Position numbers and translations under genes: made by a program. Under the pieces are notes generated by a model that worked only from the letters and a program-made list of their open reading frames with translations, was not told the DNA's origin and ran no database searches. This document shows positions 19,986-28,040 of a stretch of 64,000 nt of DNA, piece after piece; position 1 is the first letter of the stretch; every line of letters starts with the position of its first letter. Source of the DNA: Candidatus Zhuqueibacterota bacterium (lineage in GTDB: Bacteria > SM23-31); assembly GCA_042564455.1 (NCBI GenBank), contig JBHPLC010000007.1, forward strand, positions 10-64,009. Direction: 5' to 3'.

Positions 19986-20153
19986 GGGAACCGTTTGGAT
20001 TAGTCCTTTTCCCTAAGGAAAGTAAAGCACCCGCTGCCCTTAAATTAAAAATTTGAGGGCAGCATATTTATTCGTCCGGAGCAGCTTCTTTGTCATCAAT
20101 CAACTTTAACCGAATGATATAAAACGATTGATAATCTTTTTAATCCGGTTCCC
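19986..20153 (+). ncRNA. Candidate structured non-coding RNA, family unassigned
   Basis: Ends pair (GGGAACC/GGTTCCC and GGATTA/TAATCC) and enclose three hairpins; promoter-like motif just 5'; strand inferred. Confidence 0.5.
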
Positions 20154-20375
20154 TTTCTAATAAAATGTAATGAGTACTTCCCGCGCTCAGGAGGATTGTC
20201 TGAAAAATAGTTGTCTTTTTATCACCTTTTAACGGTAAGATAAAAAATTGAACGTTGTTAGGAATCAAACGTGTTAATTGAGTTTTTACAGTGCAGGTCC
20301 TGATTTAAGGGGATTTGAAAAATTTTTCGATCAGATTTTAATGATTAAAAACTGTGTTACTAAAAGGAGGAATAA

Positions 20376-20564
20376 ATGGATATTTACAGCCCGAAACCGG
20401 AAGATTTTGTAGACGACGAAAAATTCATTAACAGCCTCACACCCCCTATAACTTCCGAAGAAGTTGACAAGAGCTTCAGAGCATTTATTGTTCCCGAAAC
20501 AGAATCAAAAATCGAATTCAGATATTTTCTCCTCGGTCATATAAAACGCCAGAGAGAATTCTGA
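20376..20564 (+). CDS. Small hypothetical protein (62 aa)
   Basis: Strong SD AAGGAGG 5 nt before ATG; no recognised family. Confidence 0.65.
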   Translation: MDIYSPKPEDFVDDEKFINSLTPPITSEEVDKSFRAFIVPETESKIEFRYFLLGHIKRQREF

Positions 20565-20677
20565 TATATTTGGATTAAATAACAATTCCTCTCTAATATC
20601 TCCGGACTTCAATTTTGTGTATTTCTAAAAAGTTTTTATATATTTTTTTATACGTTACACATAACATAAACAACACC

Positions 20678-20711
20678 GTCATTGCGAGGAACGAAGTGAT
20701 GTAGCAATCTC
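20678..20711. repeat. REP-like element (GTCATTGCGAG family)
   Basis: 34-nt copy of 8890-8923 with 2 mismatches. Confidence 0.85.
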
Positions 20712-20769
20712 TGCGTTGACACACATATAATCGTAGTCTATTACATGCAAAAATGAAATTATAACCAGC

Positions 20770-20925
20770 TGCAAAACCACCCTCGATATCCCCATTGCTT
20801 TAGATAAAATAAATTTTCATATTCCAGTGAATTATTTTGTATTTCAATAAAAGAGTGATTTTGCATAAAAATTTAGTAGCTATCCTTAAAGCATAACCCC
20901 GGAGGATTAAATGCATACCCGCCTT
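20770..20925 (+). promoter_or_regulatory. Conserved promoter/leader/start module, copy 2
   Basis: Homologous to 9375-9533; TTGCTT(20795)-17-CATATT; TAACCCCGGAGGA RBS. Confidence 0.65.
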
Positions 20926-21978
20926 GTTGTGAGTCTGCTGACTATTATCCTGTCTTTATCACCATCCATTGCGCAGGACCGGACTCCTGCTGTCAAAGAA
21001 GTCCATTACAGATCCGAAGCTCTTGTTGACTTCGATTTTAAATTTCCGGACGGTACATCTCTTTTTAAACCATGGAAGATTAACATCAATTACAGTACTG
21101 ATGAATTTGTAGTATTTGATGCCGGAAATGAATGCTTCTATATTTTTACACTGAAAGGAGAATTTGTACGAGAATTCAGCAGGAAGGGTGAGGGGCCGGG
21201 TGAAATAATGCAGGTTGCTGATTTTACCGTTGATTCAAACGGGCATATTTATGTATTGGATCCTTTAAATAAACGCTTGTCAATTTTTTCAGAGAAGGGT
21301 GATTTTTTGGATTCATTTATGCTGCCTAACACTATAAGGGGGTTAGTAAACAGCTCATTGAGAGTGAAAAATGATCTTATAACAATAAATATGCCTTCGC
21401 GGGGATATTGTTTTTCTGTTCTTAATAAAAAAGGAGAATTAATAAAAGATATTGGTGCAATAGAAGAATATCCTGATAAGAATCTTGACTTTAATACCCA
21501 CTTTTCTTACGGATTTATTAATATTGATTCGGACAATAATTATTCAATCGTCCTTTGGAATGCCTTCAGGATAAATAAATTTGATAAAAATGGTGTGTTG
21601 GTGAAACAACTATTTTTGGATAGTGTTTTTCCATTTTGGAGTGAATATAAAACCAGGTTGCTGCCTGAAAATAAGGAAAGAAGCTCAACAAATAATATGA
21701 TTTCGGATATAAAATACAGAAACAATAGATATTTTATAATTGCCTATGAACCGGAGGATGATGATTATGTAATTCCTATTTTTGAGATCAATAATGATTT
21801 TGAAGTTCTTCGAAAACATGTACTTCATTTTGATTACAATGTAAGTTTGAGAACTTATTCTTCTGGTCGTACAACCAAACCTCCTACTTTTGACGTATTG
21901 TTCGATAATGATGATTTGCGTGGTTTTATTATACCTGTAAATAATCATTCCGAGGTGTTATGGTTTTCAAATAAATAA
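20911..21978 (+). CDS. Secreted six-bladed beta-propeller protein
   Basis: Signal peptide; SRKGEGPGEI; VDSNGHIYVLD NHL-like blade. Confidence 0.85.
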   Translation: MHTRLVVSLLTIILSLSPSIAQDRTPAVKEVHYRSEALVDFDFKFPDGTSLFKPWKININYSTDEFVVFDAGNECFYIFTLKGEFVREFSRKGEGPGEIMQVADFTVDSNGHIYVLDPLNKRLSIFSEKGDFLDSFMLPNTIRGLVNSSLRVKNDLITINMPSRGYCFSVLNKKGELIKDIGAIEEYPDKNLDFNTHFSYGFINIDSDNNYSIVLWNAFRINKFDKNGVLVKQLFLDSVFPFWSEYKTRLLPENKERSSTNNMISDIKYRNNRYFIIAYEPEDDDYVIPIFEINNDFEVLRKHVLHFDYNVSLRTYSSGRTTKPPTFDVLFDNDDLRGFIIPVNNHSEVLWFSNK

Positions 21979-22029
21979 TTATCTTGTAACATTGTGAACA
22001 ACAATGATACCTCAGATAGTCAATATTCC

Positions 22030-22057
22030 TGAACTTACAGTCGGATTTTATCGTCTA
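22030..22057 (+). promoter_or_regulatory. ECF sigma-type promoter
   Basis: TGAAC-N17-CGTCTA, matching the generic AAC..CGT ECF consensus, about 60 nt before 22117. Confidence 0.5.
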
Positions 22058-22116
22058 TATTAATATGCGAGTTGTGGATTTTAACGATTTTTGAAAATTT
22101 AAATTAGGGGGATTAT

Positions 22117-23157
22117 ATGACCAGAAGCATCAGTGCCAGTAAAATTGTTTTACTAATTGTTTTATTATCCAGCATATTCTGCACAAACGAACCGAGACCG
22201 ATCGCCGAGATCGAAAGTAATCCGGAGATCCTGAAATACAAAATCCTTGTCAAATTCGAAGAATCGCCATCCGAAGGTTCACTCAATAAGCCTTTTCTGG
22301 TACGAAAAAATGAAGCGAATGACACCTATGTTATTTGTGACGAGGGTGACAGGTGTCTGTATGTCTATGATAAAAACGGCAGATTTATCAGGCAGATCGG
22401 GCAGCAGGGTCAGGGCCCGGGTGAATTTTCAAGACCCAATTATTTCACCATCGATGAATCAGGAAATATCTTCGTTCTGGATACGAGGAATTCAAGAATA
22501 ACCGTCTTTAAGCCGGATGGGACATTTGATTATTCTTTTAATCTGGGAAGCAGACAAGGATTCAATAGGTATATAATATCTGAAAATAATGAGATGATCG
22601 TGAGCAAAGATAGCGAATATTATTTCAGTATATATGATACAGATGGAGAATTATTGCGGGAATTCGGGGAAATGGTTAGGGATAATGAAGATGATAATGC
22701 AAACCGGGCCTATACGGAAGGATTCCCTATTGTCAATAAAAAAGGTGAATATGTCATTTTCCTCCAGCACCTGCCTTTTGTCAGGATCTACGATCCGGAT
22801 GGAAATCTTATAGAACAGAAAAACGTCCAGGAACAAATGGGTATAAAAGAATATAAAGCATTAAAGGATATCCGGTCAAGTCCCATGGGTATGGAAATGA
22901 CCGATTACTACTTAAACGTTGTTTACCGGGATAATAAGTACTGGTGCATTAGAAATTCATGGGAAAATGAAACTGTGAGAATAGATGTCAGAATCCTGAA
23001 TGAAGATTTTCGGCTTATTGAAATGAAATCATTTGATTTCTCCGAATATGAAGGCGGTTTGAAATCTGCAGATCTAAGAATTGTACCCGAGGTTCTGGAT
23101 TCGGGTGAGATCCTCTTCCCGATGAGGAACAGTGCCGAAATATTAATATTCAAATAG
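22117..23157 (+). CDS. Six-bladed beta-propeller (NHL repeat) lipoprotein
   Basis: Lipobox-like IFC; IGQQGQGPGEFSRP, IDESGNIFVLD. Confidence 0.85.
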   Translation: MTRSISASKIVLLIVLLSSIFCTNEPRPIAEIESNPEILKYKILVKFEESPSEGSLNKPFLVRKNEANDTYVICDEGDRCLYVYDKNGRFIRQIGQQGQGPGEFSRPNYFTIDESGNIFVLDTRNSRITVFKPDGTFDYSFNLGSRQGFNRYIISENNEMIVSKDSEYYFSIYDTDGELLREFGEMVRDNEDDNANRAYTEGFPIVNKKGEYVIFLQHLPFVRIYDPDGNLIEQKNVQEQMGIKEYKALKDIRSSPMGMEMTDYYLNVVYRDNKYWCIRNSWENETVRIDVRILNEDFRLIEMKSFDFSEYEGGLKSADLRIVPEVLDSGEILFPMRNSAEILIFK

Positions 23158-23200
23158 GGAACTTCGTTCCTGTTTAAATCAATTTCAAATTGGGGGTACA

Positions 23201-24355
23201 ATGAAGACAATAGTATTTTTAATATTTTGTCTGCTTATTTTTGTTTCAAGCTTAGCTGCCCAGGTACCAGTAAACCTCATTGAGGATCCCGTTGAACTCG
23301 TCTACAAAATCGGAGATAACCTGTCACGAAAGTTCCGGCTGATAAAACCCACACATCCCGCAATCAACAGCAAAGGGGAAATCTTTGTCTTTGATGTTGA
23401 CAAAATAAAGATCTTCGGACCGGCAGGTGATGAGAAACAAACTATTGAGAACAGCAGAAGGACAAAGTATTTCTTACCCGCACCTTACACATCAAGTATT
23501 TCTACAAACTATGATAATTATTTTTATGTTAGTTCATCTCTGTTTTCTCCAGAAAAAGAGTTTCTGCTAAAAATTGGCGGAAATGAAATGATCAGAGAAC
23601 CATTTATAGTTGACTTTCTCAAAGAAAACAATCTGGTAGAATGTCATGCGGGAGGATTATTTCCTATAGATGAAAACAGGTTTATTTTAGGCTGCAATAT
23701 AAAGGACGATGAGTATTATCCTTTTAACATGTTAGGATTGTATATCAATAATGACAAAGTAAATATTATATATAATTTCAGAATAAAAACCGAGATTCAG
23801 GTGTCAGGCCATAGGGCACCAATTTTTCTGGATAGTTTCAAAAAAATAGTCATCAAAAATGACAAATTAGCTTATATAAAAAAAGCTGATGATCTTCTTG
23901 AAAAAGATGGAGAAAGTTTTTACAGGATCAATATTATTGATCTTCAGGGAGAGCTAATAAACCAAATAGTACATCCTTATGAAAAAACACCCTATCCGGA
24001 AGGTTATAATAAAACTGAGGAAAAACAATATACTTGGTTTATTAATAATTTCCCTGAGTCTAAAGATGTTTATGAAAGAGCCATAGAAATCAATAAAAGT
24101 ATAAAATATCAGCATGTAATAAACAGGTTTTATTCAGATAACGAATATCTGTTTGTGCAATTGAACAAGAAAAATGAAGCAGGTGAAGCATTGTTTGACA
24201 TATTTGATACAAATACAGCTAAATATCTTAGCTCAGCTTACTTACCTTTATGGCCAAAAATCAGAGACGGTTACCTTTACAGGAAACAAAAAACTGATAA
24301 CGGTTCTTACGTAATAGAAAAATACAGGATCAATCCGGCAGTCTACGGAAAGTAA
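23201..24355 (+). CDS. Secreted beta-propeller-like protein
   Basis: Signal peptide; AINSKGEIFVFD; C-terminus IEKYRINPAVYGK shared with the next gene. Confidence 0.75.
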   Translation: MKTIVFLIFCLLIFVSSLAAQVPVNLIEDPVELVYKIGDNLSRKFRLIKPTHPAINSKGEIFVFDVDKIKIFGPAGDEKQTIENSRRTKYFLPAPYTSSISTNYDNYFYVSSSLFSPEKEFLLKIGGNEMIREPFIVDFLKENNLVECHAGGLFPIDENRFILGCNIKDDEYYPFNMLGLYINNDKVNIIYNFRIKTEIQVSGHRAPIFLDSFKKIVIKNDKLAYIKKADDLLEKDGESFYRINIIDLQGELINQIVHPYEKTPYPEGYNKTEEKQYTWFINNFPESKDVYERAIEINKSIKYQHVINRFYSDNEYLFVQLNKKNEAGEALFDIFDTNTAKYLSSAYLPLWPKIRDGYLYRKQKTDNGSYVIEKYRINPAVYGK

Positions 24356-24379
24356 TATTTAAAAAACGAAGAGGTTGTC

Positions 24380-25519
24380 ATGAACAGAAAGATCGTATTT
24401 GTTTTAGCAATATTTGTATGTTTTCGTTGCAGTTTTCATGATGAAGAAGTAACGGAAACCATTCCTTATTTTTCTGATCCGGTCAAAAAAGTTCTGACAG
24501 TCGGGAGTGAAGATCTGCCTGAAAAGTATCTATTAGACAGACCCAGCCCGTTTCATATCGGTGACAACGGTGACCTGTACATATTCGATGAGTATTATAT
24601 TAAGGTATTTGATAAAGATGGACAACCGAAAACCATTTTCGGAGGAAGGGGAGAAGGCCCCGGCGAGTTTACCGGATTCTCCATGGGAATGTGGATTGCT
24701 CCTACAGGTATTCTTGCGGTGGTGGATAACGGATGGCGCTACAACCTGTATGCACCGGATAATTCCTTCATTGCAAAAGAAGATTTCAGACAGACCGGCA
24801 CATATAAAAAACTGCGCGATCTTTTAGGACTCCGGACGTTTTTTACTGAGAACATGGTCTATTTCAGCAGGGAGCAGCGGTTGATCGAGGGCCATCAACT
24901 GCTGGCATACGATGATGGCGACAGCGTGACCACTCTTGTGCATTATCAGGGAAAGTACTTAGATAAAATCCACGGTACGGATCAAATATTGAACTTTAAT
25001 GCGTTCCAGTGGCAGGCGCTTCCGGACTACAGGGCCGTGTACAGCCATGCAGGACATGATATAATAGAAGATGTAAACGGTACCGCTTTTGCATTGCATA
25101 TCGTCTCACTGGAGACAATGGAAGAGAGAGAAATTGTTGTTCCGTATACCAGAACAGTTATCCCCGACTCAGTTATAGACAAAGTGATTGTCATTGTTAT
25201 GCGCAGAGATGAACCAAACCGGAAAAAACTAACTGATGAAGAGAAGGATCATGTCAGGGAGATTAAATACTATTCACCATTCTATAGAATGATAGCCGAC
25301 GGAAATATACTCTTTATCTTTTATGGTGTTGAGCAGTTTGAAGGAGAAAATTCTGCTATTGTTGTTGATCTGGATACCGGTAAACGGATATCACGCGTCA
25401 GATTTCCTATGAGGCCGGAACGGATTAAAAACGGTTATGCCTATACGATCGATACAGATCAGGAAGGATTCTATGTTATCGAGAAATACCGCATCGATCC
25501 GGCAGTTTATGGAAAATAA
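24380..25519 (+). CDS. Six-bladed beta-propeller lipoprotein
   Basis: FRC lipobox-like; FGGRGEGPGEF; C-terminus IEKYRIDPAVYGK. Confidence 0.8.
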   Translation: MNRKIVFVLAIFVCFRCSFHDEEVTETIPYFSDPVKKVLTVGSEDLPEKYLLDRPSPFHIGDNGDLYIFDEYYIKVFDKDGQPKTIFGGRGEGPGEFTGFSMGMWIAPTGILAVVDNGWRYNLYAPDNSFIAKEDFRQTGTYKKLRDLLGLRTFFTENMVYFSREQRLIEGHQLLAYDDGDSVTTLVHYQGKYLDKIHGTDQILNFNAFQWQALPDYRAVYSHAGHDIIEDVNGTAFALHIVSLETMEEREIVVPYTRTVIPDSVIDKVIVIVMRRDEPNRKKLTDEEKDHVREIKYYSPFYRMIADGNILFIFYGVEQFEGENSAIVVDLDTGKRISRVRFPMRPERIKNGYAYTIDTDQEGFYVIEKYRIDPAVYGK

Positions 25520-25561
25520 TATACTGTATCTATATACTTTGTTGAATCGCAGTTTAAAAAC

Positions 25562-25594
25562 AAAAAACGCCGCATTATTCCTGCGGCGTTTTTT
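25562..25594. terminator. Bidirectional intrinsic terminator
   Basis: AAAAAACGCCGCA-7nt-TGCGGCGTTTTTT between convergent genes. Confidence 0.9.
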
Positions 25595-25633
25595 CTGTGG
25601 CTTTGTTCGTGATGATTTAATGGGAAAAGCTTT

Positions 25634-26185
25634 CTATTTCTTGATCTTCTTTACCTTGTGTGTCTCCTGAAGCATCAAAAGATGCATATTATCTTTTGCA
25701 TCCATTGCCTTTAACTTCATACCGCACTCAGTGCATCTCGCATCTTTATCAGATGAAAACATCATGCATTCCGGCATGGGGCAGGTATACTTCATATCAC
25801 CCTCGCCGATAAAAGTGATCATCTGCATTTCCACTTGATCAGCTTTATGTTCTTCCTCATGCATTGCAGGATCATGAACATGCGGATCGTCCGGTTTTCT
25901 GTCGTTTGCACCGTATCCGAGTGCTAAAATAACATCCTCTAACTTCTTTAATTCGGTCTTTCCGGGTATAATTTCGATATAAGATATGCCTTTTTCCAGA
26001 CCAACTTCAGCTTTGGTAACACCAGCGGCTTCACGAAGCCCTGTCTCGACCTTGCCTTTACACATGTCACAGGTCATTCCCGAAACGGAAATAAAGAGTT
26101 TCTCGACCGCTACTTCCTGTTTATCCTGTGCAAAAACCGGCAGCGCCAGCATAAGCAGGACAATCATTATTGCTGTGTACTTCAT
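25634..26185 (-). CDS. Periplasmic heavy-metal-binding protein (HMA domain + HMBD-like domain)
   Basis: Signal peptide; GMTCDMC; His-rich linker; YTCPMPEC..RCTECGMKL. Confidence 0.85.
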   Translation of the reverse strand: MKYTAIMIVLLMLALPVFAQDKQEVAVEKLFISVSGMTCDMCKGKVETGLREAAGVTKAEVGLEKGISYIEIIPGKTELKKLEDVILALGYGANDRKPDDPHVHDPAMHEEEHKADQVEMQMITFIGEGDMKYTCPMPECMMFSSDKDARCTECGMKLKAMDAKDNMHLLMLQETHKVKKIKK

Positions 26186-26470
26186 TTTTGTACCTCCGTT
26201 TATTTTCAGTTAAATATTGTCTGCTTGATAAATTCCGAATGGTTAAAAAATTTACAATACAAGAGTATACAATTAAAAATGTAATTAGTTACATTGGTTT
26301 TCTAACTAAAACTGCAAAACTGTGTCGTCGGTTCCATTTTTACTGAAAACTTATCTGAAATTGCTAAAATAGAGAATTAAAAAGAGACGAAGTCTCACAT
26401 CAGATAAAAATATTTGATTTAACAGAACTTAATTTGTACCTTAAATTCAGCTTGTCAATCCATCCCAACC

Positions 26471-26986
26471 ATGAAAACAGAAAAAAAGATTCCAGTCTGG
26501 GCAGCAGCGGTTATCCCTGTTCTATTAATAATCGCCGTTATACTTAGCGTATATCTGCCGGGTGATGATGTTCTCCCCGAATATGACTTTATATATTCTG
26601 CAGGACGTCCCGAACAAGCCATACAACAGCGATACACCGTTGAAAAAGGGAAAATAACGAAAAACGAAGTTTTACTTTCAGGCGATTTCCGCTATATCCC
26701 GGAAGTATCTCTCTATTATTACGATGTTTCAGACGACTCAAGTAATGTTATAACTCTTAATGAAACGCAAACTGCCGCAATTGATACATCTCTGGTGTCA
26801 CCGGATGGTTTTGAGGTTATTTTCGGGAATATCGGCAGGGACGCACCTCCGATTTTGCTGGATACAGGCAGTGATTCAGTAACAGTATACTTTAAAGGAC
26901 ACGGCAGAAGTCAAAAACTGAATATAGATCTGCGGGTAGACCGCAGGAGGTATTATTTTAAATTCTTAGGCTGGGTAATTAAATAG
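26471..26986 (+). CDS. Hypothetical membrane-anchored protein
   Basis: N-terminal TM helix; PEYDFIY, LYYYDV, SPDGFEV, FLGWVIK. Confidence 0.7.
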   Translation: MKTEKKIPVWAAAVIPVLLIIAVILSVYLPGDDVLPEYDFIYSAGRPEQAIQQRYTVEKGKITKNEVLLSGDFRYIPEVSLYYYDVSDDSSNVITLNETQTAAIDTSLVSPDGFEVIFGNIGRDAPPILLDTGSDSVTVYFKGHGRSQKLNIDLRVDRRRYYFKFLGWVIK

Positions 26987-27008
26987 CTATTAATCTATGG
27001 GGGATCAT

Positions 27009-28007
27009 ATGAATAAAGAAGAGCTGTTGAAAAGCATCAAAGAGCTTTCTGCTCAAAAACAGGTATCCAAAGCAGAACTCTTAAAAGCCTACAGCGATGG
27101 AGCAGGGGAAGCATCAGCTGAAATATCTTTACGCCGTATCACAGTATCCATGATTTTGTATTATCTCGGCGGCAGTATCATCTTTCTCGGGATCATTGTG
27201 CTGATAGCCCAGAACTGGAATGTACTTAATAATGTCACGAGAATTCTCTCAACATTCGGTGCCGGACTGGCAGCTTTTTTCTGCGGATACATTTTTACCG
27301 GGCATAAAAAGTATACTGCAGTTGGCCATGTTTTCTACTTTATTGCCGCACTGGTGATACCGGTCGGCCTGTTCGTGATCTTTGATATTTCAGGATACAA
27401 AGCAGAGGGTTTTGGTGTTCAGAGTATTATAATGGCCATTATGACTGTTGTGTACTTTCTGACTTTTTACAAACTGAGATTAATGACCTACATCGCATTT
27501 ACTATTGTCAGCGGTGTGTGGCTGTTCTTCAGTTTTACCGACTTTCTGTTCGAGAATGACCTGGGATTTACCGAGGAAGCGTTTTATTCATACAGATACC
27601 TGCTGGTCGGGATATCCGGGATACTGCTCGGAAAACATTTTACACAGGAAAAACACAGGGATAAATGGTTTTACATACTTCCGCTGTACGGTATCGGTTC
27701 GATCATTATTATGATCGCAGCACTCGTTCTTGGCGGGGAACCGCCCGATGATAATATGTTCTGGGTATTATTCTACCCGGTTCTGGCCTTCGGGATGATC
27801 TTTCTGAGTCTGTATCTCAAAGACAAAATATTTCTCCCGGTCGGATCACTATTCCTGATGATCTACATCATCAAAACATCGGTACTATACTTTTCAGGAA
27901 ATCTCGGCTGGCCGTTGTCGCTGGTGATCTCCGGACTTATGCTGATGTTGATAGGATACATGTCGATCTACTTTAATAAAAAATACCTTACCAGTCAAAA
28001 ATTATGA
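27009..28007 (+). CDS. DUF2157-like multi-pass membrane protein
   Basis: LYYLGGSIIFLGIIVLIAQNW motif; about 10 TM helices; GGGGG SD before ATG 27009 (track start 26997). Confidence 0.75.
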   Translation: MNKEELLKSIKELSAQKQVSKAELLKAYSDGAGEASAEISLRRITVSMILYYLGGSIIFLGIIVLIAQNWNVLNNVTRILSTFGAGLAAFFCGYIFTGHKKYTAVGHVFYFIAALVIPVGLFVIFDISGYKAEGFGVQSIIMAIMTVVYFLTFYKLRLMTYIAFTIVSGVWLFFSFTDFLFENDLGFTEEAFYSYRYLLVGISGILLGKHFTQEKHRDKWFYILPLYGIGSIIIMIAALVLGGEPPDDNMFWVLFYPVLAFGMIFLSLYLKDKIFLPVGSLFLMIYIIKTSVLYFSGNLGWPLSLVISGLMLMLIGYMSIYFNKKYLTSQKL

Positions 28008-28040
28008 TAAATATGTTATAAAAAATTTGTGGAGTAAATT

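Noticed and set aside
19986-20153. Retron msr-msd, 6S RNA or a known riboswitch
   Set aside because: No adjacent reverse transcriptase, the fold is branched rather than the 6S rod, and I recognised no riboswitch consensus. An Rfam search is still needed.
9519-25519. Diversity-generating retroelement
   Set aside because: No reverse transcriptase and no TR/VR pair differing only at adenines was seen.
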